64,000 nucleotides of DNA, taken from positions 2,356,001 to 2,420,000 of the forward strand of contig OZ251226.1 of the NCBI GenBank assembly GCA_965240325.2, in the 5' to 3' direction. Below are positions 52,855 to 63,524 of this stretch, one piece after another. This DNA comes from Rebecca billardiae RCC1528 (Eukaryota; Protista; Haptophyta). The notes under the pieces are model-generated. The model was not told the DNA's origin and did no database searches. It was given only the letters and a program-made list of their open reading frames with translations. Position 1 is the stretch's first letter. Each line of letters opens with the position of its first letter. The translations under genes were made by a program, and so were the position numbers.

Positions 52855-54561
52855 ATGGCGGTCAGCTTGGCGGCGGCCGTGCTCGCGGCGGCCGCGCTTG
52901 CGTCACCACCATCGCGCGCGACGAAGCTCGCGCCGGGCACCTCCGTCTCCGCTTGGCATCGCCCCTTGTCCTTCTCCCCTGCCTGGAGGGCGGGATCGCA
53001 CCGACGACCTGCCCAGCGGTCGCTGTGGCGTGAGCGGCAGAGCGCATGCAAAGCCGTGCTGATGTGTGCAGGGCATTCGGAGCGGCTGCACGACCCGTTT
53101 GTCGAGCGCCTGTCGCCTCCAAGGCAGGTGGGTGGCGCACAAGACGGCGCGCCCCTCTCCGGCCTCCGCTTTGCGTGCAAGGCCAACATGGACGTCGTCG
53201 GCCTGCGCACGGGAAACGGCTCGCCCGACTGGCGCGCAAGCCACAGGCCAGCTTTCAGGCAGGCGGAGTGCGTGAGCGTGCTGCTCCGCACGGGCGCAGC
53301 GCTGGTGGGCGTGGCGCACATGGACGAGCTCGCCTTCTCCATCGCGGGCGAGAACGCGCACTACGGCGCGCTGGACAACCCGCGCGCGCCGGGGCACGCG
53401 GTAGGGGGCTCCTCATCGGGCGCCGCAGTCGCCGTCGCGTGCGGCGAGGTGGACTTCGCCCTTGGCACGGACACGTGCGGCTCGGTGCGCGTGCCCGCCT
53501 CGCACTGCGGGGTGTGGGGTCTGAGGCCAACCCACGGCGCCATCCCGCTCGACGGCGTGTGCCCACTCGCGCCCTCCTTCGACACTGTGGGTATCCTGGC
53601 GCGCAACGGCACCACCCTCATGGCTGCGAGCAGCGTGCTCCTGGCGTCGCCGGCTGGGCCTCCAGCTGCGCCACCCGCGACGACCGCCGTGCTTCTTGCG
53701 GAAGACGCCATACGCCTGTACTCATACGCCGAGGTGGGTGAGCTAGACGCTGAGGCGCGAGCGCGCGCAGAGTCAGACGCGGCGGCGCACTTCCGCACGG
53801 CCGCTGCCTCGCTTTGCACCGCGCCAAGCAGTGGCGGCGGCCCGGCGCCCGACGCTCTTGCGGTGGAATTGGGCGACGCGATGCTCGAACGCGCCGGCCC
53901 GGCGCTCGCCCGGTACGTGCCCACGACGCTCGACGGCGAGAGCGGGGCGGCTGCGTCACGGGAGGGGCAGCCCGCTGCGAGCGACGGCCTGCGCGCGCTG
54001 GAAGCACTCTCGCGCGCGCTCTTTGCCAACGAGGCTGCGGACGCGCTCGGGCCGTGGGCAGCAGAGTTCAGCGACACGTGCGGCCGAGATCCGGATCTGG
54101 GCGAGGATGTGGGCGCGCGGCTGCGCTGGGCGATCTCACAGGCTCGCGTGGAGGAGGCTGGGCGCGAGGCGCGCGAGGCGGTAGCAAGCGCGTTGGACGA
54201 GCTGCTTGCCTCGGCCGAAGCTGAGGCCGCCGGCGAGGCTGGTGGCACCCGCCTCGGCATCCTGTGCATGCCCGCCGCGTGCTCGCCGCCGCCTCGGCCA
54301 GGCGTCGCCAGCGGCGCGCAGTATCGGGAGCGCGCGTTCGCACTGTCAGCGCTCGCGAGCCTGGCAGGATGCCCGCAGCTGGTTGTGCCCGTGGGAACCT
54401 GCGAGCACACGGGGCTGCCGCTGGCGGTATCATTCGTCGCGCGGCCTGGGCGTGACCGAGAGCTGCTGCAGCACTGCGTGTCATCGTTCATGGCAGGCCC
54501 GGCGCCGCCGGACAGCCCTGCCGGGCGAGCTGCGGCGGAGTCGGCACCGCCATCAAGCTGA
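52855..54561 (+). CDS. Amidase, copy 2
   Basis: Duplicate of 41908-43614. Confidence 0.9.
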   Translation: MAVSLAAAVLAAAALASPPSRATKLAPGTSVSAWHRPLSFSPAWRAGSHRRPAQRSLWRERQSACKAVLMCAGHSERLHDPFVERLSPPRQVGGAQDGAPLSGLRFACKANMDVVGLRTGNGSPDWRASHRPAFRQAECVSVLLRTGAALVGVAHMDELAFSIAGENAHYGALDNPRAPGHAVGGSSSGAAVAVACGEVDFALGTDTCGSVRVPASHCGVWGLRPTHGAIPLDGVCPLAPSFDTVGILARNGTTLMAASSVLLASPAGPPAAPPATTAVLLAEDAIRLYSYAEVGELDAEARARAESDAAAHFRTAAASLCTAPSSGGGPAPDALAVELGDAMLERAGPALARYVPTTLDGESGAAASREGQPAASDGLRALEALSRALFANEAADALGPWAAEFSDTCGRDPDLGEDVGARLRWAISQARVEEAGREAREAVASALDELLASAEAEAAGEAGGTRLGILCMPAACSPPPRPGVASGAQYRERAFALSALASLAGCPQLVVPVGTCEHTGLPLAVSFVARPGRDRELLQHCVSSFMAGPAPPDSPAGRAAAESAPPSS

Positions 54562-54571
54562 CACCGATCGA

Positions 54572-54617
<46 letters not shown>

Positions 54618-55349
54618 TATAACTACTGAATATAGCTAAGCTACCGTGATTCCTGACGCGCGACTAGGTGACTGCTACAGTTTACTAAGAATAAGAGACG
54701 CACACAGCTCAGGCAGGCGCCGCAGCTGGCAGATCGATCATCGCAGCCTCGTGCCCGTGGCGGCGTTAATTGTCCGCCATAACGGCGGCGTCTGATGAGG
54801 TAGTGGTCCGAGAGCGGTAGTCGGACGGTCCCGAGCGTTCATAACGACGGTGGCTGCTCAGCAGTACCGGTCACTGAGAACTACTCACTAGTCACTCAGC
54901 ATCCGAAGCTGGACCGCAGACCGTGACTGCCGGCGCGGTACTCTGACAGACAGCAGAGTAGTTAGTCGCGGACGACTCTCAGAATATGACTACAGTCGTA
55001 TGAGGACGCAGTGAGCACGGGGACCCGATAAAGTAAGGGAGTACTACCGACCCGGCGGGCCGCGGGCCGATCGGTCCGAGAGAGTCAGAGTCAGAGTGAG
55101 TGCCCGGACCGTCACTCGTCATCGGACCCGCCCGGCGGGCGGGCCGGTGACACGCAGTGCAGCCAACCTGCCCCTGGTCCCGGGGGCGGCCCGCCTACGG
55201 CCAGGGATGAGGGCTACTGTTACACTCACTGCCTACTGAGTACTACTATTTGCCGCGTCGGAGAGTCGAGGCCCCGTAACTTTCCCGCTGACCGGGATTC
55301 TCGTGGCCGATCCTCAGCAATCAGCATTCTGCCATTGATGACGCAAAGA

Positions 55350-56018
55350 TCACACGGCCATGGCGCCGACTACAATCGGGGTCACGATGGCTGCTGTCGC
55401 GGCTGTCGCGGCTGTGCCGATCACGATCCCCATCTTTGCCTGGTTCCAGTAGTGGAAGCGCTTGGCCTGTGTCGTGACCTTCTTGAACTCCTTTGCTGCT
55501 CGGCTCATCTCAGCCGCCTTGTCCTCGAGCTCGCTGACACGGTTCTGCTGCGCGAGCATCGACTCGATGTTCTCGTGCATGATTTCCTTCACCTCGTCCA
55601 CTCTTTGCGTGACCAGGGCCAGCTTGCCCTGCGAGTTGGCCTGCTCCATGCGCTGTTCGAGAGTGGTGCCAAAACCAGCCTGGATGGCAAGGTGTGTGCG
55701 CGTGTCGACAAGCGGGTCGTCGACGAGCGGGCGCACGAGCAGCGCGAGCTTCTCGAGGTATCCCTTGACCAATTGTGCCGGGGAATCGGGCGTCGCCACC
55801 GCCAGTACGACCACCACAGACGAATCCTCAAGGTGCATCGGGAGCGACGTCAGCTTCAGCGGGGACGATCGCTCGGAGACAAAATCCCACCCTGGCGCGG
55901 GCTTGCGCGCCCTCGCCTTCGCCACAAGCTTTTGCACCTGTGCCACGGACACGTTCTCGTTCGCGTAGCCCTCGCACAGCAAGACGCTGTCGCGGTAGAC
56001 TGCTGCGTAGTACAGCAT
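55350..56018 (-). CDS. VAMP7-like R-SNARE, copy 2
   Basis: Duplicate of 44399-45067. Confidence 0.88.
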   Translation of the reverse strand: MLYYAAVYRDSVLLCEGYANENVSVAQVQKLVAKARARKPAPGWDFVSERSSPLKLTSLPMHLEDSSVVVVLAVATPDSPAQLVKGYLEKLALLVRPLVDDPLVDTRTHLAIQAGFGTTLEQRMEQANSQGKLALVTQRVDEVKEIMHENIESMLAQQNRVSELEDKAAEMSRAAKEFKKVTTQAKRFHYWNQAKMGIVIGTAATAATAAIVTPIVVGAMAV

Positions 56019-57462
56019 GAGGACAGCCCCCTCCCGCCGCGACGCGTTGGGCCTTGAGGAGGGTGGCGCCTGGCGGCAAATTTCCTTGCAACTTCCAAAA
56101 ACCCCTTGTTCCAACTTCCAACTGACGGGAAGACAGTGAGGAGCCTGGCCGATACACACCCTTACCGCTCTGCGCATGGGGAACCCATGCTCGCAGAGCG
56201 GCCGGGGCGAATCTCAGGGGCCTGAGGCGGTCCCGGACGCGCGCCCCGCGGCCACGCCTGAGGGTGCGGGCGGGCTCTTCGATCATGTTGGTGAGCTCTC
56301 CGCCATCGGGGCGCGCTTCATTGCGCCGCCTCGCCTCGCGTACGGCGTTCCCGTCGTGCTCGCACTGACAAGGCTGAGCAGAGCGTAGAGTGCCATCATG
56401 ATTGCATTCGGTTCCAACTTACTCGCCAGCCACTTCCAGCCAGGTGCGCGCGGCTTGGGAGTAGACGATTAGTTCCGTGTGCCCGGGCTCGTCGTGACAC
56501 CGGCATGCCGATCCCTCCCCAGCCGAGATGTCAGAGCGCGTGCGCACAGGCAGTCACAGGCAGTGCGCACTGGTAGCCAAGTGGACGCGTGTGAGCGACG
56601 ACAAGCCACGACGAGAAAACGGCCGCATCCAACCTTCTCACATACCACTAGACCACCGCGCAGAATGCGTCTGAGCCCGCCCATTCCCGCCCATAACGAG
56701 TTACAGCGGCTCGATTGTGAGGCGGGTGCAAAGGCGGCGGGTGAAAGCGAGCCCCGCGCGGGCGGCGAGAGAGACGCGCGTGCATAGACCTGATGCGGGA
56801 GTGCCCGAACAACGTGAAGGTGCGTCCATCTTCCAAGCGCGCGACCGGTCCGACACCGCGCCACGCCAAACGAGCACCACGCGTGTCGCCCCCCAGCGCC
56901 GGCCACGCGTCCCGAGGCGCTGCCATGTTTCGTCACGGGCCCGATCTCTGAGGTTAGCCCCGGCCGCTCTGCGAGCGTGGTTCCACCACGCGCAGAGCGG
57001 CCGGGTGTGTATCGGCCAGGTGAGGAGCGAGGAACCCAATCTCAAATCCGGGATCTCCAGTCGGCGGATCGGAGGAGCCAGGACTGGTGGGAGGGATCCT
57101 TGTCAACCTTCGAACTCTCTGCTGCTGCAGAACCGTGGACGTGCAGACTCGACGCGATCATGCGCACTTGTTCAGGATCAGCATTTCTTTTACTGTTCGT
57201 ACTTCGTTCCGGTCCCGGCGGACGTGCTGCTAAGCTTGCCGCGTGGACGTTAGGTGGTCGTGGACACGAGATACACCTGCACCAGCAGTGCTCGTCGAGT
57301 CGGGCAGATTCATCAATCGAACGTAGGCGTGGTGTCTGATCGTGATCGGCGCAGACTTCAGAGTGACGATACTGTACATACAGTACGGGCCACATGGCAT
57401 CGCGAGTCGCCAGTGCCGACCGCGTGGCGGTGCCCACATCTGCGCGAGCCGCCAAGCGACGA

Positions 57463-58383
57463 TCATCGCGCTCGATCCACCCCGGCATCATGCGCCACGG
57501 TGGTGCCGACGAATGTCGGGTACGGCTCGCGACCCGGCCACTGCACGCCCTCCTCTGTCATCTCGACGAGCGGCAGCGGCGCGCCTTCTCTGCTGCGCGC
57601 GCCTGAGCGCGCCGGCTTGCCGCGCTCGAGGCCATACAGCCGCCGGAGGAGCAGGACGATGAGCGGGTGGTCTTGCGTCTCAATGTAGCGGTCGATCGGC
57701 ATCCACGTCGCGTCAGCGATCTCGCACGGCTGCGGGTGGAGCTCCTCGCTGTGCGGCTCGAGCCGGGCGACAAAGTAGAGGTCGGAGCGGTTGAACGTGA
57801 GGCCGTGCCGGTGCCAGAACGAGAGGATCCCCTTGAAGGACGCGCGCACACCCGTCTCCTCGAAGACCTCGCGCACGACGCCGGTGGCGAAGGACTCGCC
57901 GCGGTCGAGAAGCCCGCCCGGCAGCTTCCACTGCGCGCCGGGCTGGCGGCCGCGCTCGGTGTCTACCCACTCCTTCACAAGAAGCAGCTCAGATCGCTGG
58001 TTGAGCACAAAGCCCGCAGCGCCCACCTGGTGAGTGGCGTACGGCGGCACCTTGTCCTCGAGGTCGGGCTGGAGCCAGCACTTGAGCACGGCGTGCCCAC
58101 CCTCGGCGTGGTGGTACGCAAAGCCGTGCTCCGCAGCCACCGCGGCGAGATGTGATTCCTCGAGCGGCACCTTGAGCATCACCGACTTGGCTCCCTCTTC
58201 TCGCCAGTGCTCGAGTGATGTGCTGATGCGCGTGGCAAACTGCTCGGCCTCGCCCGGACTCACGGTGATGAGTACACCACGGTGGGGGAGAGGGGTGGAG
58301 GGCAGCAGGACGCGCGACGTGAGGGTTCTCTGCGCCTGCAGCATCGTTGGCCGTAGGGACGGCAGCCTCCACACGCGCGCCAT
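57463..58383 (-). CDS. Nudix hydrolase (NUDT6/plant NUDT2-8-like), probable organellar transit peptide
   Basis: GFAYHHAE, PPYATHQVGAAGFV, Nudix box LPGGLLDRGESFATGVVREVFEETGV, SDLYFV. Confidence 0.92.
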   Translation of the reverse strand: MARVWRLPSLRPTMLQAQRTLTSRVLLPSTPLPHRGVLITVSPGEAEQFATRISTSLEHWREEGAKSVMLKVPLEESHLAAVAAEHGFAYHHAEGGHAVLKCWLQPDLEDKVPPYATHQVGAAGFVLNQRSELLLVKEWVDTERGRQPGAQWKLPGGLLDRGESFATGVVREVFEETGVRASFKGILSFWHRHGLTFNRSDLYFVARLEPHSEELHPQPCEIADATWMPIDRYIETQDHPLIVLLLRRLYGLERGKPARSGARSREGAPLPLVEMTEEGVQWPGREPYPTFVGTTVAHDAGVDRAR

Positions 58384-58585
58384 GATGACGCTCGTCCGGT
58401 GCGCTGATGATCAAGAGCCCGCGATGAGCCGATGACGAACGATGGAATCTGGGCATCTGGCAATCATTATTATTCTGCCAAAGCCCAAAGGCCAAGTGAC
58501 CAACGGAACGACGCCAGAAAGGCTCCGCCGCTGGCGACCAGAAAATCGGTTAATGGCAGCTGGTGGCAGTCGTCGCCGTCGAACG

Positions 58586-60157
58586 ATGGCGGCGGCTGCA
58601 GCATGGAATGTCGCCGCACTTCTCTGCGCGCTGGTGGCGGTGGTGGCGCTGATGCACGGCCCCGTTGACTCGGTGATACGTCTCATGCCGCCGCATAAAC
58701 CGGCCCCAGCGTCTGCACCGAGCGTACAAGTGCTTGCCGGCGCCAATGCCACATCTGCACTGAGCGTACATGCCGGCGGCAATGCCACCGCGCGCATCGC
58801 GCGCACCGCGCGCTCGAGGCGACATGCCGGCGCCAATGCCACATCTGCACCGAGCGTACATGCCGGCGGCAATACCACTGCGCGCATCGCGCGCACCGCG
58901 CGCTCGAGGCGCGATGAGCAATCCTTGCTTGCCTCAAAGCCGCCAGCAGTACCCAGGCGGGCTCGACAGCCAGCACGAACCGGTGGAGGCGCAAATGGCA
59001 CGCAGGCGCGCGTCCGGTCAGCCGTCAGGCGGCGATCACCGGCTCTCGCATCCCGTCGCAAGACGCCACGGTCCTTCCGTCTGGTCAAGCCGCCGCCGCT
59101 GGCGTTGAACTTGAGCTGCGCGGGCCTCACCGCGGCGAGGATCAATGGGTTCAAACAGCAGCAGGGCCTCCAAAGCCTGGTGCCGAGGCGCATCGACCTC
59201 GCCGCCGCCGAGGCCTCCCTCGCGCACACGCAGCCGCCGCCGGCGCAGTGCATCCTCTTTGTCTACTACCACTTTGCCAAGGCGGGTGGCACGTCGATCC
59301 GCGAGGCGATGGACCAGCAGGCAAAGGCCGAGGGCAACCGAAGCTGGTACGTGATGACGATGCAGAGGCGCGAGGAGGAGCTCGGCCGGTTCAGCAGGTC
59401 GGCCGACTTCCGGCGCGCGCACCCGCGCGCCTTCTTGGAGTGCCACGGGGGCTGCCCCTTCCTGCAGGTGCACGAGCAGCTGCTCGCGATCCGGCGCAAG
59501 CTCGAGCCGCTCGGCTGCCGTGTGTACACGGCGACGCACCTGCGCGAGCCTGTGAGCCAGTACATCTCCGCATGGTACTACTGGGCCCCCGTGTGGCACC
59601 GCCAGAAGCTGCGATCGATCCCCGAGTACATGGCGCACGAGTCCAAGGAGCAGTACTACTCCAAGTACGCGTTCAAGGGCAGCGAACCAGGGTACGCATG
59701 CGGGCAGCGGGGCGACTGCGAGTGCTTCGCCCGCACGCTTGGGCGCTGGCTCGAGTCGTTGGACATGGTGGGCATCACGGAGGAGTGGGAGACTGGGTAC
59801 GTCATGATCGCACACGCGCTCGGCTTTGCGAGCAGGCCGCGCATGTACAAGGGGGTGCGCGAGTGCGCATCCGTTAGGCGCATCCGCGCCTCGATGGCCT
59901 ACGGCGCTTCGCCCAAGTGCGTGGGCATCAAGGCGTGCATCAGGTCGGTTCCTCCAAATGCCACCGAGCGCGAGTACTACCGCCGGACGATCACCCCGTG
60001 CAGCACGATGGTGTACAACGAGTGGCGCACTCGCTACGTGCGCATGCGCACGGAGTATCTACGCAACCTCTCCGCCGAGCACTACAACCTGGTCCTTGAT
60101 CACGTTTGCCTGATGAAGCGCGAGTACTTCTGCAAGGCAGTGACTGACATCATCTAA
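58586..60157 (+). CDS. Type II membrane sulfotransferase-like protein
   Basis: TM anchor, YYHFAKAGGTS, LREPVSQYISAWYY, VGITEEW. Start may be 58553. Confidence 0.78.
   Translation: MAAAAAWNVAALLCALVAVVALMHGPVDSVIRLMPPHKPAPASAPSVQVLAGANATSALSVHAGGNATARIARTARSRRHAGANATSAPSVHAGGNTTARIARTARSRRDEQSLLASKPPAVPRRARQPARTGGGANGTQARVRSAVRRRSPALASRRKTPRSFRLVKPPPLALNLSCAGLTAARINGFKQQQGLQSLVPRRIDLAAAEASLAHTQPPPAQCILFVYYHFAKAGGTSIREAMDQQAKAEGNRSWYVMTMQRREEELGRFSRSADFRRAHPRAFLECHGGCPFLQVHEQLLAIRRKLEPLGCRVYTATHLREPVSQYISAWYYWAPVWHRQKLRSIPEYMAHESKEQYYSKYAFKGSEPGYACGQRGDCECFARTLGRWLESLDMVGITEEWETGYVMIAHALGFASRPRMYKGVRECASVRRIRASMAYGASPKCVGIKACIRSVPPNATEREYYRRTITPCSTMVYNEWRTRYVRMRTEYLRNLSAEHYNLVLDHVCLMKREYFCKAVTDII
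58712..58912 (+). repeat. 90-bp (30-aa) coding tandem repeat in the sulfotransferase stem
   Basis: AGANATSA(L/P)SVHAGGN(A/T)TARIARTARSRR occurs twice, plus a partial copy. Confidence 0.9.
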
Positions 60158-60837
60158 TGACACTTATCTTGGACTCAGACTCAATTCTCAGTACTGACGC
60201 GACCGGGCTGTGAGTGTGGCGCACCCGCGACCCCAGGGCATCACGTAGGACGCTTCGATTTTGGCTTCTGCTAAGTTAGCTTATAATGATATTATGATAT
60301 ATATATATATATATATATATGGTGATTCATCCGAGTTTAGTCCGAATGCGCCGCCGCGCTTACACAGACACTACAGACACTGGCACGTGCTGCACGCGAC
60401 CGGCGCAGCGCGCGTGGCCCGCATTCGAGGGGGAGACGCCGAGGGCGTGCAAGGAGCGGCTGCTGCGGCTGCGGGAGGTCGTAGACAGGCTCGAGCCGCG
60501 GCTGCTCGCGACGCTCTTCCCCGCCGACGCCGACGACGAGGCTGCGCGAGCTCGTCCGACGCTGCGCCGATCCCGCCGAGCGCGCGAGGCTGTCTGTGCG
60601 AGGCTGAGACGGGCGAGCTGCCGAGCGCGATCTCCGCGCTGCGCGCGGCCACAGCAGGGCTGCCCGAAGCGCACCGGGCGGAGGCGCTGCGGCTGCTGCG
60701 CGTCGAGTTCACGACATGGCGCAGCCCCCCGAGGCCGTCAATCGCGTCGATTACTCGCGCCCGCGCCTCCTGCACGGCGACGCGCCGGGCGCGCGCATCA
60801 TGTGTCGTGATTCGGTGAAGAATGCGACAACGCTACC

Positions 60838-60898
60838 AGGGCCGTGCGCCCTCAATGCCGTCGTTGTTTTCTACCCGAATATCGACGTAGCCGATCAT
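60838..60898 (+). repeat. Hairpin-terminus repeat, copy of 22783-22840
   Basis: AGGGCCGTGCGCCCTCAA...CTACCCGAA..ATCG(A)CGTAGCCGATCAT. Confidence 0.8.
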
Positions 60899-61236
60899 AA
60901 TAAGTAAGTACGGTTAATAAGCCGCACCATCAGGGCTCCTAGATGAGCAGGTGATGTGTAGTCGCGCGGTTGATCCGAGCAGACGACAATTCAATACTTA
61001 CAGAAATAACGTACTACTGCATGCATCATCCTACTTGATGGGGGGCTGGCCGGCCGGCGGCGCCGGGCCGGGGCACCATCACACTCCGATGATGCCGGAG
61101 TCGAGATCAGTTGGTGAGTTGGTTGAATAGCCGCGCAGCGGTCTCACCGGATGCAGCTCAGCGCCACGATCGCGTCGGTGCTCGAGCCGCGTTATCGGCA
61201 CGGGCGACTCCTCCGCACCGCGCACGCGGCCCTCGC

Positions 61237-62070
61237 TCAAACCTCCGTCTTGCTGGTTGAGTCCTTGCCGCCAAACATCCCCTTGACGTAGCTGGACGCG
61301 TCAGAGATGGAGTCACCCACCCACGTCTCCAGCCGTTGGAGTGGCGAGGGCGGCGCGGCCGGGGCGAACGCGGGCTCGTCGTCCCATCCGTCGTAGCCGC
61401 CGTCGTCCATGCCCATATCCATGCCCATGTCGCCCATGCCCCCCATCATCTCCGGATCCATACCCATCATCCCGTCCGCGCCGTACCCACCCGCACCCAT
61501 CTGCTGCTGCATCTGTGCCATCAGCTCCTCGCGCTGCTCCGCCTCCGTGAGCGCGGTGAAGGGCTCGGCGCCACGGCCGGCAGGGTTGGGGATCGGCTTC
61601 CTAACCGTTGAGCACGCCGACGTGAGCTGGTTGCACAGCTTGTGCGTGAAGTCCGCGCGCTGCAAGCCCTCCGTGTAGAGCGCCTCGGCAATCTCCGTGT
61701 CTGCAGCATCGACAAGCTGCGAGCACGCGCGCCCAACCGTGAGGCACTCCTTGCCGCAGCGCCCGCGCTCGTCGTGCACCTTGAGCTTGAAGGTACGCTC
61801 ATCCTCCGAGAGGAAGTAGTCGACCGAGCGGATCCACTTGCCCTCTTCCTGCGCCATGTCGCACACCGCCGACGTGAGATCGTACAGCACGTCCTCGTTG
61901 GTCGGCTCGCCGGCTTTGCGCTTCTCGGTCACTGACCTGTACAGCACCTTTGCCACCTCGTGGCAGACGGGACAGAGCAGGTACTTCAGGTCAGCGCTGT
62001 TCACGCCCTGGGCGCTGCATCTACCCACGAGAAGGGCACTCGCCGCCAGCGCGCGCAGTGCCGACGACAT
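61237..62070 (-). CDS. Secretory-pathway saposin-like/canopy (DUF3456-like) protein
   Basis: Signal peptide, CPVCHEVA...VCD...CGKEC....ACSQL...LCNQLTSAC, Met/Gly/Asp-rich tail, C-terminal KTEV (KDEL-like). Confidence 0.75.
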   Translation of the reverse strand: MSSALRALAASALLVGRCSAQGVNSADLKYLLCPVCHEVAKVLYRSVTEKRKAGEPTNEDVLYDLTSAVCDMAQEEGKWIRSVDYFLSEDERTFKLKVHDERGRCGKECLTVGRACSQLVDAADTEIAEALYTEGLQRADFTHKLCNQLTSACSTVRKPIPNPAGRGAEPFTALTEAEQREELMAQMQQQMGAGGYGADGMMGMDPEMMGGMGDMGMDMGMDDGGYDGWDDEPAFAPAAPPSPLQRLETWVGDSISDASSYVKGMFGGKDSTSKTEV

Positions 62071-62172
62071 CACTGTCTGGACCGACCCAGGCGCACCAGG
62101 GCGCGCGCGGCAGACGCGGGCGTGGGCGGGAATCCGGACCTCAGACCGGAGACATCGCTACCCCCATCCACT

Positions 62173-62201
62173 GTGTGCACGTTAAATCATAGTAAACTGT
62201 A
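62173..62201 (+). mobile_element. Minimal terminal fragment of family A
   Basis: GTGTGCACGTTAAATCATAGTAAACTGTA. Confidence 0.7.
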
Positions 62202-62471
62202 CGAATTACGATGCCGGCACTCAAGCAGCCCCTCCAACCCGGCCGCCCATTCACAATTGCTCTCACGGCCGTCGAGGGTGAACGAGGTCATCGACATGGT
62301 GCCTCCAGAAGGACGCCGAGCTCCCGTCGACGCGCACGTGATCACGGCTCGCTCACGGCACCATTAACGTTTTGACACTTGGACTTCGGACGAGATGGAT
62401 ATTGGATGGTCGTGCGTGTTGCTGCATGATGTGCGGATGTGCCGTTGAGGTGGTAGGAGCGTGTGCTGCTG

Positions 62472-63524
62472 TCATGAGCCATCAGCGATGATGAGGAGCT
62501 CAAGCGGATCGTGCCCGCCGATGCCCAGCGGGCCTCGCCGTATCGGCACCGTGCTGCTCCCGCCCGTGACGCCTGGGCCCGTGACGCCTGGGAACACCGG
62601 TGGGAGTTCGCGCGTCGGCACCTGCGCTTCGCCCGCGCGCTCTGCCGGCGATGGCCGCGCGCCGCCGTGCTGCGTCACCCATGACCTCAGCTTCGACCCG
62701 CCCTTGGCCACCGCGCCGAGTTGCGTGCGCAGCTGCAGCACCTCCGCCTCGAGCTGCCGGATCCGATTGTCGCGCTGCGCGATCGCGTGCTCCAGGTAGT
62801 TGGCGTCCGACTGCGCCGCGCGCATTTCCCTGTACGTGTCGGTGTTGTAGTCCGAGAAGTGCATGATGAAGGAGAGGATCGACTTCCATATGACGTTGGC
62901 CGCGCCCACGACGACGCCCTGGAACTCAACGGGGACGTATCGGAAGTTGATGAGCTGCACGGGCAGCCAGAGCATCATGCACACGCCCCACGCGTTGTGG
63001 AATTGCCCGGTCAGCTTCTCCCTGATGTCCGGCCAGGACTTGCGCTCGAGCACGCCCATCGAGAGCAGGTACAGGTTGATGAACGCGGGCGTGAAGAAGG
63101 CGAGGTCGGCGACGAGCTTCGCCGAGACGTCGGTCCACACGCTCGGTAGCTCTCTCGCGTGGTGCAGCGACGCCACCCACTTGAGCCCCGGCGTGCGCTC
63201 GAACAGCCAGTTGAGGCCCTCGTGCCCCACGACCGGGTTGAAGTGCACGCGGTACAGCGTTGTCGCGCGGTCGAGCTGCTGGTACCACACGCACATGAGC
63301 GGGCCGCCGATCGCGGCGCCGAAGAAGCCCATGCGCAGCGTGCGCCCCCAGTTGAACCCCTCCTTCCCCGGAGACTCGATCTTCAGGCGGCTCTCAACCT
63401 TTTGCGCGATCGCGTCGCCGCAGCCGTAGAGCACGCCTGAGGTGAGCGACTGCGTGAGCATGGGGCGCAGCTCGAGCGCGGTGCGATAGGAGCGCGCAAC
63501 GCGGAACAGGAAGGCGATCGGCAT
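62472..63524 (-). CDS. Mpv17/PMP22 family membrane protein with C-terminal coiled coil
   Basis: RPMLTQSLTSGVLYGCGDAIAQ, RTLRM, WLPVQLINFRYVP, NVIWKSILS. Confidence 0.92.
   Translation of the reverse strand: MPIAFLFRVARSYRTALELRPMLTQSLTSGVLYGCGDAIAQKVESRLKIESPGKEGFNWGRTLRMGFFGAAIGGPLMCVWYQQLDRATTLYRVHFNPVVGHEGLNWLFERTPGLKWVASLHHARELPSVWTDVSAKLVADLAFFTPAFINLYLLSMGVLERKSWPDIREKLTGQFHNAWGVCMMLWLPVQLINFRYVPVEFQGVVVGAANVIWKSILSFIMHFSDYNTDTYREMRAAQSDANYLEHAIAQRDNRIRQLEAEVLQLRTQLGAVAKGGSKLRSWVTQHGGARPSPAERAGEAQVPTRELPPVFPGVTGPGVTGGSSTVPIRRGPLGIGGHDPLELLIIADGS

Larger units (their letters stand above)
34984..56883. repeat. Tandem segmental duplication of about 10.95 kb (34984-45932 / 45931-56883)
   Basis: All ORFs recur at +10947 (+10951 after an (AT)n length change). 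2-bp CG microhomology at the junction. Confidence 0.97.

Noticed and set aside
60340-60830. Coding-looking GC-rich segment
   Set aside because: The protein-like stretches switch frames and have no recognisable homology. It is probably a decayed fragment attached to the hairpin repeat.
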